Positions 29,126 to 39,352 of a stretch of DNA of 64,000 nt are shown here, piece by piece. The stretch is from an uncultured Cytophagales bacterium (GTDB lineage Bacteria > Bacteroidota > Bacteroidia > Cytophagales > Cyclobacteriaceae), in assembly GCA_963699805.1 (NCBI GenBank), contig CAVOVH010000002.1, positions 118,220 through 182,219 on the forward strand, written 5' to 3'. Under the pieces are notes generated by a model, which worked only from the letters and a program-made list of their open reading frames with translations, ran no database searches and was not told the DNA's origin. Position numbers and translations under genes: made by a program. Within the stretch, counting starts at the first letter, position 1; every line of letters begins with the position of its first letter.

Positions 29126-29671
29126 TTACTGTTTAACCGGACCAGCCGTTTGCTGTTGGGGGGTAACAAAACCCTTGATCCTTAATCTGGTGATTGCCGG
29201 ATCTGTGTTGGCCGTGATGGTAATGGTTTTAATTTGTTGATTGGGTTTGTTTTTGCTGTCAAAACGAACCTGAATTTCTCCTGTACCACCCACCGGGATA
29301 GGATCATTGGGCCATTTGGGTACCGTACACCCACAGGAGGCCGTGGCTTTTTCGACGAGAAGTGGTGTGTTTCCTGTATTGGTAAAAGTAAAAGTGTGTT
29401 CAACGATGTCGCCTTCATTGATCGTACCAAAATCATATTCAATGTTCTCAAAATCTATTTTGGACTTTGGCGTATTGTCATCAATCTTGGTAGGATTGCT
29501 GGCAAGCTGTACCGGGTTGCTCGTGGGTTTATTGTCGGCCGAGGATCCAACTTCCAATGCAGCTACCCTTCTTTCCAGCAGGGCGATTCTTTTTTCGAGA
29601 TCCTTGTCAGAGGAACAAGAGAACACAAAAATTAGGATAAGGATTGTTATACTACCTTTTAAATATTTCAT
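29126..29671 (-). CDS. DUF1573 domain lipoprotein
   Basis: Lipobox VFSC. The DUF1573 signature is FTNTGNTPLLVEKATASCGCTVPKWP. Confidence 0.8.
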   Translation of the reverse strand: MKYLKGSITILILIFVFSCSSDKDLEKRIALLERRVAALEVGSSADNKPTSNPVQLASNPTKIDDNTPKSKIDFENIEYDFGTINEGDIVEHTFTFTNTGNTPLLVEKATASCGCTVPKWPNDPIPVGGTGEIQVRFDSKNKPNQQIKTITITANTDPAITRLRIKGFVTPQQQTAGPVKQ

Positions 29672-29674
29672 ATT

Positions 29675-29977
29675 TCAATTGTTTTTGTTTTTAATTTGAC
29701 CAATCAGATCGTCGACATCCTCAAGTAATTTTTCCGCTTTTTCTTTGGCATTCTTGATGACTTTCTGGCCCTCTGATTTGGCTTCTGAATCAGGGATTGA
29801 TTTCACCTTGACAAGTTCCTGAACAAGATCTTCGAGTTGATTTTTATATTTATCAAGCAGAAAGGATAATTTCCCTCTGGTTTGGGTTCCTTTATCCGGG
29901 GCATAAAGCATCCCGATGATGACCCCGGTTGCAGCTCCAAACAGGAACGATAGTAAGGATTTTGATGTGTTACTCAT
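29675..29977 (-). CDS. YtxH-domain protein
   Basis: 100 aa. An N-terminal Gly-rich hydrophobic segment (LFGAATGVIIGMLYAP) is followed by a charged helical tail. Confidence 0.7.
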   Translation of the reverse strand: MSNTSKSLLSFLFGAATGVIIGMLYAPDKGTQTRGKLSFLLDKYKNQLEDLVQELVKVKSIPDSEAKSEGQKVIKNAKEKAEKLLEDVDDLIGQIKNKNN

Positions 29978-29988
29978 ATTTTTATTCT

Positions 29989-31113
29989 TTATTTATTATC
30001 AATTAGACCTCTTCCACTTTTTTTAATGACCCCCTGGTTTTTTAATTCTTCTGATAAAACATCCAGTATACCATTAACGAATTTTTTGCTTTTTGGTGTA
30101 CTGAAATTCTTGGAAAGTTCTATGTATTCATTTATAGAGACTTTAACGGGAATACTTGGGAAATGGATCATTTCACACAATGCCATTTTCAGAATGATCT
30201 TATCCATGATCGCGATCCTGTCTATGTCCCAGTTTTTTGATTTATCGGCAATTAACTTTTCGTATTCCCTGTCATGATTCACGGTAATCTCGAATAACTT
30301 TCTGAAAAAATCCCGGTCTTCCTCCCAGTTATTACTGAGCAGAATGGGATTGATCGCAACATCGTCCTTTTCTATATTTTTAAAAGTTTTAACGATCATG
30401 CTTTTCAGTATATGTTTATCTTCCGACCAGCTGATGTCATTTGAATCCATATAGGCATCAAAAAGATCACTCTTAAAAAGAAGACTCTTATAAATATAGA
30501 TACAAATCTTTTTATCTGCATCGAATCCTGGTTTTTCATTGTTCAAATAATGCTGATATTCCTCATCAGGTTTTATTAATGTTTTATACCAGTGATAGAA
30601 GGTTTCATGATCTCCCTGGTTCTTGATCCTGAACCGGTTATCGCCCTGAATCATGGATACAAGTCGGTTTTTTCGTAATCCGGATACCGTATTATCGAGC
30701 TTAGGATTCTTTGATTCAACAAAGGCAAATTCAGCAATGAGATTAAGTAACCAGAGATATTGTTCATAGATTTTTTCTGTATCACCCAACAGGATTTTCA
30801 GAAAATGATTATAATCCTTAAGATTTTCATCATTATAATTTCTGAAGGCCTGGATGGCAATGACATCTTCTTCCTGATCGGTATCATTTATTTTGCCGAA
30901 AGAATTGTGCCTGAAATTCTGTTCGAAGATCTTTAAAGCTAATTGTTTTTTCCTGTTGAGATCCAACCGGTCAACAGGCTCCATTGAATTCAGATCAGGC
31001 GAAAATTTCTCCTGTATATAATCGAGGGCAAGATTATAATTCGCTTCCTGACTTTTATAGTATGCATACAATCCTTGCATTGCCTTCGCTCTGAGAATTC
31101 GCCTGTTAAGCAT
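29989..31113 (-). CDS. nusB: Transcription antitermination factor NusB (long Bacteroidota form with a large internal insertion)
   Basis: The N-terminal end (RRILRAKAMQGLYAY) and the C-terminal end (DRIAIMDKIILKMALCEM...NEYIELSKNFSTPKSKKFVNGILD) are NusB-like. Context supports the call. Confidence 0.8.
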   Translation of the reverse strand: MLNRRILRAKAMQGLYAYYKSQEANYNLALDYIQEKFSPDLNSMEPVDRLDLNRKKQLALKIFEQNFRHNSFGKINDTDQEEDVIAIQAFRNYNDENLKDYNHFLKILLGDTEKIYEQYLWLLNLIAEFAFVESKNPKLDNTVSGLRKNRLVSMIQGDNRFRIKNQGDHETFYHWYKTLIKPDEEYQHYLNNEKPGFDADKKICIYIYKSLLFKSDLFDAYMDSNDISWSEDKHILKSMIVKTFKNIEKDDVAINPILLSNNWEEDRDFFRKLFEITVNHDREYEKLIADKSKNWDIDRIAIMDKIILKMALCEMIHFPSIPVKVSINEYIELSKNFSTPKSKKFVNGILDVLSEELKNQGVIKKSGRGLIDNK

Positions 31114-31129
31114 CTATTTTATTTCAATT

Positions 31130-32233
31130 TTACAAATGTAATTTCACTTTCCCGATATCATTGATCCGTTGGGTGGCCAATCTGATCGCTGCTTCCTGGG
31201 TGGGGATCTTTTCCTGTTTTGTTTTATGAATGATGTCCAAAACTATATTATATATCCTTTCCACCTTTTTAAATACCCTATCACGGCTATAATTACCCAG
31301 ATAATCCAATCCGACATTGATCAAACCACCTGAATTGATCATAAAATCGGGAGCATAAATGATCCCCTTTTCCATGATTAATTTCCCATGCCTCTTTTCA
31401 TCTTCCAGCTGATTGTTGGCCGCTCCGGCAATAATGTCGCAATTCATTTTACTCAAAGTATCATCATTGACAGTGGCTCCAAGCGCACAGGGGGCATAAA
31501 TATCCATATTCGAATTATACAATTCATCCTGGGTTACCACTTCTACCGTAAATTCCCTGGCAACTTCCTTAATCTTATCTTCATATATGTCCGATACCAG
31601 GATTTTTGCCCCTTCTTCCGAAAGATGTTTTACAAGATAATGACCGACATGACCAACACCCTGTACTGCAACGGTTTTCCCTTCTAGACTATCCTTTCCA
31701 TAAGCTTCCTTTGCACAGGCTTTCATTCCCATATAAACCCCATATGCGGTAAAAGGAGAAGGGTCTCCCGAGCCACCCATTTTTTCAGATAAGCCTGTGA
31801 CATAGCGTGTTTCCATTGCAATGTATTCCATGTCGTCCGGATTCATATTTACATCTTCGGCGGTCACATATTTACCATGTAAACTTTCAATGAAACGTCC
31901 GAATCTTCTGAGCAAGGCTTCTGATTTGATCTTTTTTGCATCCCCAATGATTACAGCCTTCCCACCACCCAGGTTCAGTCCAGATATGGCAGCCTTGAAT
32001 GTCATTCCCCTCGATAAACGCAAAACATCCACGAATGCTTCCTGTTCAGATTTATAATTCCACATCCTGGTGCCTCCAAGTGCCGGTCCCAGTACCGTAT
32101 TGTGGATCCCGATGATGGCTTTCAACCCGCTTGCTTCATCATAACAATATACTACCTGCTCATGAGCATGCTGGGATATTTCCTCAAAGACCGATAAATT
32201 GCCAACCTTTTCCTCTTGTTTTAAGTCGATCAT
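31130..32233 (-). CDS. Leucine/phenylalanine/valine dehydrogenase (Glu/Leu/Phe/Val dehydrogenase family)
   Basis: 367 aa. Catalytic Lys region is GLNLGGGKAVIIGD; Rossmann motif is VQGVGHVG. Confidence 0.85.
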   Translation of the reverse strand: MIDLKQEEKVGNLSVFEEISQHAHEQVVYCYDEASGLKAIIGIHNTVLGPALGGTRMWNYKSEQEAFVDVLRLSRGMTFKAAISGLNLGGGKAVIIGDAKKIKSEALLRRFGRFIESLHGKYVTAEDVNMNPDDMEYIAMETRYVTGLSEKMGGSGDPSPFTAYGVYMGMKACAKEAYGKDSLEGKTVAVQGVGHVGHYLVKHLSEEGAKILVSDIYEDKIKEVAREFTVEVVTQDELYNSNMDIYAPCALGATVNDDTLSKMNCDIIAGAANNQLEDEKRHGKLIMEKGIIYAPDFMINSGGLINVGLDYLGNYSRDRVFKKVERIYNIVLDIIHKTKQEKIPTQEAAIRLATQRINDIGKVKLHL

Positions 32234-32373
32234 TTATTTTTGGGTTAATTGTTTTATACTTTTGAATACAAAATATCTTTTCTTAAGGTACCACAAAAGT
32301 AGTTTATTTTCACTTGTAATTCAATTGTATTGAGGATTTCGAACTTTCATCTTTTTAATGGGTTTAACAGGTA

Positions 32374-34164
32374 GTGAAAGAGCTTGCACATTTGAATAAG
32401 TACTTCATTAAATATAAATTCCATCTTTTACTGGGATTATTATTTATTATTATTTCCAATATCTTCCAGATATTGCCTGCCCAGTTTGTCCGATATGCAC
32501 TGGATCTTGTGGTAGATAATTTAAAGGTCTACCGGATTTTTGAAGGGGCTCATCTCCAGGAGATTTACAATGCGGTGATCAAAAAAAGCGTGGTCATTTA
32601 TGGATTGATCATTCTGGGCATGGCCCTGATGAGGGGTTTTTTCCTTTTTTTAGTGCGGCAGACCATTATCGTCATGTCACGACATATTGAATACGATCTC
32701 AAAAATGAAGTTTATGAACATTATCAGACCTTACCGCTCAGTTTTTACCGGAAGAACAATACAGGGGATTTACTGGCCAGAATTTCTGAAGATGTCGGAA
32801 AAGTGAGGATGTTTATTGGCCCAGCGATCATGTATGGTCTCAATCTTTTCACTTTATTTTTAATGCTGATTCCCATTATGCTGTCAATCAATACCCGTTT
32901 GACCCTTTACGCCTTGATACCCCTTCCTTTTTTGTCATTCAGTATCTATTTTGTAAATAACCTGATCAATAAGAGATCTGAAGAGATTCAGCGTAGTTTA
33001 TCCGGGTTATCCACCTTTGTCCAGGAAGCTTTTTCAGGGATCCGGGTCATTAAATCATTTGCCCGGGAGTCGGAAAGCCTTGATAATTTTTCAAAGGCCA
33101 GTGAGGAATATAAAATCAAGTCTCTACGGCTCACCCGGGTCAATTCACTTTTTTTCCCCCTGATTCTTTTCCTGATCGGGCTGAGTACGATCATTACCGT
33201 TTTTGTTGGAGGGGTGGAGGTGATCAATGGGACCTTATCCTTTGGGAATATTGCAGAATTCATCATTTATATTAATATGCTGACCTGGCCGGTAACATCC
33301 CTGGGATGGATTACCAGCATAATACAGCGTGCAGCGGCTTCACAGAAAAGGGTCAATGAATTTTTACTGGAAAAGAATAGTATCCTTTCCCAGGAAAAAA
33401 TTACAGAGGAAATAAAGGGTGAAATCACATTCAAAGATGTGTCTTTTGTTTATCCTGATACCGGGATCCATGCCTTACAACATGTTTCATTTTCGGTGAA
33501 GCCAGGTGAAACCCTGGCCGTGATAGGTTCAACAGGTTCCGGGAAAAGCACCATCGCTAATTTATTATGCAGGTTGTTTGATACTACTTCCGGAAGTATC
33601 CTTATTGATCAACATAACATACGCGCCTATAGTGTCCATTATCTGAGAAGTCAGATCGGATACGTACCCCAGGATGTTTTTCTTTTTTCCGATACCATTA
33701 GTGAAAACATTGCCTTCGGAAGCGATGAAGTGGAAGAAAACAAGATCATTCAGGCGGCCATCGAAGCTGATCTTTATGATAATATCATCGATCTGCCGAA
33801 AGGCTTTGAAACCATTCTGGGTGAACGGGGTATTACCTTGTCCGGTGGACAAAAACAGCGTTTATCCATTGCCCGGGCACTGATCCGTGATCCGAAAATC
33901 CTGATCCTGGATGACAGTCTGTCTGCGGTTGATACCAAAACTGAAAATAATATTCTGAATAACATGAAAAGAATCATGTTAGCCAGAACAAGTATTATCA
34001 TATCCCACCGGGTCTCCTCAGCGAAACTGGCCGATCATATCCTTGTACTGGATGATGGGCAGATTGTTGAAATGGGGAATCACGAATCCCTGATGGCTTC
34101 AAATGGTGTTTACAAGGAGCTATATGAGAAACAGTTAAAGGCCGAGGAACTAAACGAAGAGTAA
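32374..34164 (+). CDS. ABC exporter, fused permease/ATPase (MsbA-like type I exporter)
   Basis: GTG start. Six TM segments plus an NBD with GSTGSGKST, LSGGQKQR and ILILDD. Confidence 0.9.
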   Translation: MKELAHLNKYFIKYKFHLLLGLLFIIISNIFQILPAQFVRYALDLVVDNLKVYRIFEGAHLQEIYNAVIKKSVVIYGLIILGMALMRGFFLFLVRQTIIVMSRHIEYDLKNEVYEHYQTLPLSFYRKNNTGDLLARISEDVGKVRMFIGPAIMYGLNLFTLFLMLIPIMLSINTRLTLYALIPLPFLSFSIYFVNNLINKRSEEIQRSLSGLSTFVQEAFSGIRVIKSFARESESLDNFSKASEEYKIKSLRLTRVNSLFFPLILFLIGLSTIITVFVGGVEVINGTLSFGNIAEFIIYINMLTWPVTSLGWITSIIQRAAASQKRVNEFLLEKNSILSQEKITEEIKGEITFKDVSFVYPDTGIHALQHVSFSVKPGETLAVIGSTGSGKSTIANLLCRLFDTTSGSILIDQHNIRAYSVHYLRSQIGYVPQDVFLFSDTISENIAFGSDEVEENKIIQAAIEADLYDNIIDLPKGFETILGERGITLSGGQKQRLSIARALIRDPKILILDDSLSAVDTKTENNILNNMKRIMLARTSIIISHRVSSAKLADHILVLDDGQIVEMGNHESLMASNGVYKELYEKQLKAEELNEE

Positions 34165-34235
34165 AACTGCATTGTAATATCGAAGGATGTGATCGGCAGA
34201 TCATGTCAATTCAATCAAGCTGTTTACTGGTCATG

Positions 34236-34267
34236 GCAGGCACGACCCATCGCAGGCACAACCCATC
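34236..34267. repeat. Tandem 16-bp direct repeat (2 copies, 1 mismatch)
   Basis: GCAGGCACGACCCATC followed by GCAGGCACAACCCATC, in the intergenic region upstream of the outer-membrane operon. Confidence 0.7.
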
Positions 34268-34400
34268 CTTTCATATTTTTTACCCGGGAATTCATGTTTT
34301 TATATGTCAGGAGTTTTCTCTTGAAATATTTTTTTGTAAATTAAAATTGTTAACCAGTTTTTGATGGATCCCAATCCATCATCATTTAATCAGCTATGTT

Positions 34401-35210
34401 ATGAAACCGGCATTGTTACTTGCCCTGATCGTATTCCATTCGGTGTCTGCCCAGCAAGGCGACTATTCCATGGGTGCACGGTCTTCCGGGATGGGCAGCG
34501 CCAATGTTGCTCTTGCAGATCCCTTTTCTGCATTCAACAATATGGCGGGTGTAGCGAGACAGGAAAAATCCTCCATCCTTTTTTCAATTAAGAATTTATA
34601 TTCACTTGAAGGACTTTTCGCTTTGGGGGCAGCGTACAATCAGAAATACAAGCAGGGGGCATTCCTTTTCAATCTTTACCGCTTTGGCGACCGGTTATTC
34701 AGTGAACATAAGTTCGGAATGGGATACAGTCATCAGATCCGTTTCGTCAGCCTGGGGGTCCAGTTGAATTACCTTCAGCAAAGCATTGAATCTTTTGGGA
34801 CTTCGGGATCAATCATCCTTGAACTGGGCGGGATGGCCGAGATATTCCCCGGATTGATCCTGGGGGCCTATATATCAAATCCAAATCGGGCGACTATCGG
34901 TCGATATGTTCGTGAACCGTTGCCGGTGGTCATGAAAACAGGATTGGCCTACAAGCCTGATGAAAAGATCACCCTGTGTTGGGAGCTTCAGCGGGGACCG
35001 GATGACCATACCTTCCTGAAGATCGGATTGGAATATATTCTCAGTGAGATATTCCCGCTTCGGGCCGGGACCGTTCTCAATCCTGCCAGATTTACTTATG
35101 GATTCGGGATACATCTAAAAAAAATTCAACTGGAGTATGGTACTGAACTGAATGCCCTTTTGGGTATAACCCATCAATTATCTATCAATTATCAATTTTC
35201 AAGAAAATGA
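34401..35210 (+). CDS. Outer-membrane beta-barrel protein, PorQ/PorV-like
   Basis: Signal peptide (SVSAQQ). The N-terminal motif GARSSGMGSANVALADPFSAFNNMAG resembles the PorV/PorQ family. It has alternating beta-strand patterning, and its stop overlaps the next ATG (ATGA). Confidence 0.5.
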   Translation: MKPALLLALIVFHSVSAQQGDYSMGARSSGMGSANVALADPFSAFNNMAGVARQEKSSILFSIKNLYSLEGLFALGAAYNQKYKQGAFLFNLYRFGDRLFSEHKFGMGYSHQIRFVSLGVQLNYLQQSIESFGTSGSIILELGGMAEIFPGLILGAYISNPNRATIGRYVREPLPVVMKTGLAYKPDEKITLCWELQRGPDDHTFLKIGLEYILSEIFPLRAGTVLNPARFTYGFGIHLKKIQLEYGTELNALLGITHQLSINYQFSRK

Positions 35211-37300
35211 TACGGAAAATTATGTTGATCTTGTTATTGCTGGTGCCCTGGATCGGGACATTCTCTCTTTACGCTCAAACTGATCAGGATGATCCCGATT
35301 ATAGTTCCTATGTCGAATCGGTTTTTTCATCACAGGAAGACCAGATTGCCGAAGACGTATTCGAATCATTTCTTCAGACATACCATCAGCCCTTTAATTT
35401 AAATACGGTGGATCGTGAGGATCTGCGCTCCATCCTTCTTCTGGATGATCAGGAAATCACCTATATTCTTGAACACAGGCAGAAATATGGGAGTTTTCTG
35501 TCTTTTCAGGAATTATACCTGATTAACGGGATCGATTCGGCAAAGGTGGAGATGATTAAGAAATTTCTGATTGTTGAACCGGTCGTATTCAAACAGATGG
35601 ATTCACTTAGATTCATAAAAAGGGTATTACAATACGGCCAGAGCAGCCTGACCTTACGGTATAACAGGATTCTGGAAAAAAGAAGGGGATTTCTTAGCAG
35701 ATCGGATCCGGATGAGGTTTTGAAGAAAAGATATTATGTCGGGTCTCCTGACCAGTTATATGTCCGTTTTACCATGGAGGTTCCCGATGATCTGAAAATC
35801 GGATTGACGGCGGAAAAAGATGCGGGTGAACCAATTTATTTTTCGCCAAAGGATAAAGCATATGGCATGGATCATTATGCGGGTTTTATCCAGAAAAAAT
35901 ATCATTCCTGGCTGAAGAGTTTCACTTTGGGTGATTTTAAGATTCAATCAGGGCAAGGCGTGGTTATGGGGAATGGACTTTTAATTGGTAAGGGGACCGA
36001 ACCCATCAGGACTGCAGTCCGTTTTGATCAGGGCGCCAGGCCTTATCAGGGAGCGACAGAATATGGTTTTTATCGTGGACTGGCCCTGGAACTTGGAGGT
36101 AAAAGGTGGTCAACTACTTCTTTCGTTTCTTATAAGGGATTGGATGCCAACCTGGAATTTCAGGATAGGGATGAGATGTCTGCTGTAATCAGGAGCATAC
36201 AAAATACAGGATACCATCGAACCCCTGCTGAACTGTTGAAAAAAAATTCCGCCTCCATGATTTCGGCTGGACAGTTATGCCTGTTTCAATCTGATTATAA
36301 AAATTTCAGCATGGGAATATCCGGCATCTGGAATGAACTGAGTCAACCTTTAATTGAGACCAGAAATTATTATAACTTATTTGATTTTTCAGGCCGACGG
36401 CATTTCAATGCAGGTATCCATTACAACTATTATCGGGGGAAATTGAATGTATTCGGGGAGGTCGCGTTGTCAAAAATGAAAGGACTGGGCGCCGTACAGG
36501 GCATCATCGCCAACCTGGGACCCAGTATTGAAACAATCGTGCATATCCGGTATTATGATAAAAAATATTTTTCATTTACCGGAAGGTCTTTCGGGGAATT
36601 TACTACAAATAATAATGAGCAGGGGATTTATTGGGGGATTAAATTACATCCCTGGGCCAATCTTGATATTCATTTCTATTTTGATATGTTCAGATCTTAC
36701 TGGCTCCGCTATGCTACGGCTTCACCTGCTTCGGGCTATGATTGGATGACTTTTCTGAAATATACCCTGGGGCAGTATTCAGGAATTGATCTGTATTATC
36801 AGGATGAGCGAAAGATGCGGAATCTTCCGGCTGAGCTGGGAAAGGAATATACTTTGGAATCCGGAAGGAGGAAAAAAGCCCGTTTGTGTTACCACTTAGA
36901 TCCTCCAAAAGGGATCATGCTTAGATCCCGGATCCAGGCAGAGCATTATGAACAGGATCAGACAGGGACCTTCGGATTTTCCATGATCCAGCATGTAGGG
37001 TACAAATTTGCCCGGGGGTACATAAAAGGCGGAATCTCTTACTTCAGGACTGATGATTTTCTGACTCGTCAATATGTCTACGAACCGGATGTATTATATT
37101 ATTTTTCTGTTCCGGCCTATTACGGGCATGGTTTGCGTTACCTGGTGGTAATAAAAATGAGGCCTATCCGGAATATTGACTGCTGGATCAAAGGAGGCCA
37201 GTATCATTTTTTCGACCGGGAAACAATCGGGACAGGAATGGATGAATTATCGGGGCATAAAAAAACTGAAATCAGGTGTCAAATTAGAATTAAATTTTGA
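35207..37300 (+). CDS. Helix-hairpin-helix (ComEA-like) domain fused to a large predicted outer-membrane beta-barrel
   Basis: Signal peptide, then FNLNTVDREDLRSILLLDDQEITYILEHRQKYGSFLSFQELYLINGIDSAKVEMIKKFL, which parallels the ComEA DNA-binding HhH domain. About 560 aa of Gly/Tyr-rich beta-strand-like sequence follows, ending in ...IRIKF (C-terminal Phe). Confidence 0.65.
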   Translation: MIRKIMLILLLLVPWIGTFSLYAQTDQDDPDYSSYVESVFSSQEDQIAEDVFESFLQTYHQPFNLNTVDREDLRSILLLDDQEITYILEHRQKYGSFLSFQELYLINGIDSAKVEMIKKFLIVEPVVFKQMDSLRFIKRVLQYGQSSLTLRYNRILEKRRGFLSRSDPDEVLKKRYYVGSPDQLYVRFTMEVPDDLKIGLTAEKDAGEPIYFSPKDKAYGMDHYAGFIQKKYHSWLKSFTLGDFKIQSGQGVVMGNGLLIGKGTEPIRTAVRFDQGARPYQGATEYGFYRGLALELGGKRWSTTSFVSYKGLDANLEFQDRDEMSAVIRSIQNTGYHRTPAELLKKNSASMISAGQLCLFQSDYKNFSMGISGIWNELSQPLIETRNYYNLFDFSGRRHFNAGIHYNYYRGKLNVFGEVALSKMKGLGAVQGIIANLGPSIETIVHIRYYDKKYFSFTGRSFGEFTTNNNEQGIYWGIKLHPWANLDIHFYFDMFRSYWLRYATASPASGYDWMTFLKYTLGQYSGIDLYYQDERKMRNLPAELGKEYTLESGRRKKARLCYHLDPPKGIMLRSRIQAEHYEQDQTGTFGFSMIQHVGYKFARGYIKGGISYFRTDDFLTRQYVYEPDVLYYFSVPAYYGHGLRYLVVIKMRPIRNIDCWIKGGQYHFFDRETIGTGMDELSGHKKTEIRCQIRIKF

Positions 37301-37330
37301 TATTCGTGTTCTATTTTTTTTAACAAGATC

Positions 37331-37807
37331 ATGATCCGCGTACCAGTCATCATATTATTTTTAACACTGCTTCTGACCCTTTCATCTATGCAGATTGAAA
37401 CTCAATCCACCGGAAAGATCAGGATATTTGAACTGAATGGCCGCTGGGTCAGGGTCACGTATCAGGCTGACCCAAATTTTTATGGAAAGTATCAGGGTGC
37501 CAAAGATGGGTATTTACTGCTCAGAGAGGATGGAACAGGAGAATATTTATATGACATGGAAATACCGGCAGTAGACTGTCAATCGGGTATCATTGAATTT
37601 GAATGGGGATTCCTCGTAGATGAAAATGAAGAGATTGTCCGTTTTGAAAGGGATTATGGCTTTTCATATCCAGTTATTTACAAATGTACCGGAGATAATT
37701 GTTTCCAGGGTTGCCGGGTCCGTTACCTGGTGGATTACATCATGGACAAGAAAGGGGATATACTGGAAATTTCTTCCTCAGATGATTGGGTGAAAGTTAA
37801 GTATTAG
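37331..37807 (+). CDS. Small secreted hypothetical protein (4 Cys)
   Basis: 158 aa with a signal peptide. No family recognised. It lies in the operon, 30 nt after the previous gene and 10 nt before the next. Confidence 0.5.
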   Translation: MIRVPVIILFLTLLLTLSSMQIETQSTGKIRIFELNGRWVRVTYQADPNFYGKYQGAKDGYLLLREDGTGEYLYDMEIPAVDCQSGIIEFEWGFLVDENEEIVRFERDYGFSYPVIYKCTGDNCFQGCRVRYLVDYIMDKKGDILEISSSDDWVKVKY

Positions 37808-37817
37808 ATATTCCCGT

Positions 37818-39137
37818 ATGAAAAAATTTAATTTTCCTTTTAAACTTTTCCTTCTGCTCCTATTTTCGGGATGTTCCAATCTAGAGGAGACCCCTTTGTA
37901 TATGTTCAGGGGAAATCTTTATCATACCGGAATTTATGAATCACCGGCAATTACAGAGAAACCTGTTTTGGATTGGCAATTTAAAACCGCAGGGAATATA
38001 TATAGTTCACCGGTGGTAGTCGGTAGTAAGGTTCTCATTGGGGATGGGAATGGCTATCTTTATGCGCTTGATAAAATTAGTGGAAAATTGCTCTGGAAGT
38101 TTCATGCAGGAGGTTCCATTGCCTCAACCCCTGCGATTTACAGGGAAAATATTTTTTTCATGTGCGGTGATGGAAATTTCTATGCGGTGGATGGAGAAGA
38201 TGGAACGCTGGTTTGGACATTTCCTACCGCAGGAGAACATCGATTTTCTGCACCCGGGATCCATGGACTCAAGCCTTCAGATTCGTTGATGGTGGATGAT
38301 TGGGATTTTTTCCTGTCTTCCCCGGCCATTGATGATGATTGGATCTATTTTGGTACTGGATCAGGCTATGTTTATTCAATTAATGCGGGTACCGGTAAGA
38401 AAATATGGGAATTTAAAACAGGGGATGTTGTTCATTCCTCCCCGGCGATCGCTTATGGGAAGGTTTATGTGGGTAGTTGGGACAGTTATTTTTATGCCCT
38501 CGACCAATCTACTGGAAAATTATCCTGGAAATACAAAACAGGGACCGATACCATCATGCATAACCAGGTCGGGGTCCAGGGATCTCCTGTGATTTCCGAC
38601 AGTACAGTATTTTTCGGATGTCGAGATGCGTATGTGTATTCCCTGGATGCCATTACAGGTGATCTGAAATGGAAATTTTTCAATGATTACTCGTGGGTTT
38701 TAGTGACACCTGTCATCTACCGGGACCAGCTGATCTTTGCTACATCCGACAGTCAGAAACTCAGGGTCCTGAATAAGGATCAGGGAACCCTGATCTATGA
38801 ATTATCCTTGTCTGGTTTTATTTTTTCTTCGCCGGTAATAGCAGGAGATTACAGTTACTTTGGGTCGTTTAACGGGACTGTATATGGACTCGATCTTGAT
38901 AAAAGAGAAATTGCGTGGAATTATGAGACTCCCGAGGCCAGGAAAGATTCACTGGAAATATTGAATGATGACCTGAGCATAAAATTCGAAAAGATTTTTT
39001 TTGAGGCGACCAGGCAAGGTATGGAAGAGGCCATGGATTATCTGAGATCCATAGGCCCGGTACTATCCACGCCGGTCATTGATCATGGGATCTTGTACTT
39101 TGGAACAGAAAATGGTACTTTCTATGCCATTAAATAG
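37818..39137 (+). CDS. PQQ-like (BamB-type) beta-propeller repeat lipoprotein
   Basis: Lipobox LFSGC. The [FVL]Y[AS][LVI][DN] blade motif recurs 7x (LYALD, FYAVD, VYSIN, FYALD, VYSLD, VYGLD, FYAIK). Confidence 0.8.
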   Translation: MKKFNFPFKLFLLLLFSGCSNLEETPLYMFRGNLYHTGIYESPAITEKPVLDWQFKTAGNIYSSPVVVGSKVLIGDGNGYLYALDKISGKLLWKFHAGGSIASTPAIYRENIFFMCGDGNFYAVDGEDGTLVWTFPTAGEHRFSAPGIHGLKPSDSLMVDDWDFFLSSPAIDDDWIYFGTGSGYVYSINAGTGKKIWEFKTGDVVHSSPAIAYGKVYVGSWDSYFYALDQSTGKLSWKYKTGTDTIMHNQVGVQGSPVISDSTVFFGCRDAYVYSLDAITGDLKWKFFNDYSWVLVTPVIYRDQLIFATSDSQKLRVLNKDQGTLIYELSLSGFIFSSPVIAGDYSYFGSFNGTVYGLDLDKREIAWNYETPEARKDSLEILNDDLSIKFEKIFFEATRQGMEEAMDYLRSIGPVLSTPVIDHGILYFGTENGTFYAIK

Positions 39138-39139
39138 AA

Positions 39140-39174
39140 AAGAGGGAGTTGATAATTGATCAAACTTCCCTCTT
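39140..39174 (+). terminator. Hairpin terminator candidate after the outer-membrane operon
   Basis: aagagggagtt-gataattgatca-aacttccctctt, about 11 bp with one bulge. It starts 3 nt after the stop, and no strong T-tract follows. Confidence 0.4.
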
Positions 39175-39352
39175 AACCTAAAACCTATAGAATAAGCGGT
39201 AAGCCAATCTCACTCATATCAATATGAGAAGATTATTATTCTATACGAGTCGAACTGTAATTAAAACGTTCAGAAAAATCATCTCGTGTGTTTTATATCG
39301 AATTTATTACGGAAAATGATATTAAATTCGATAAACGAATAGCAAATAAAGT

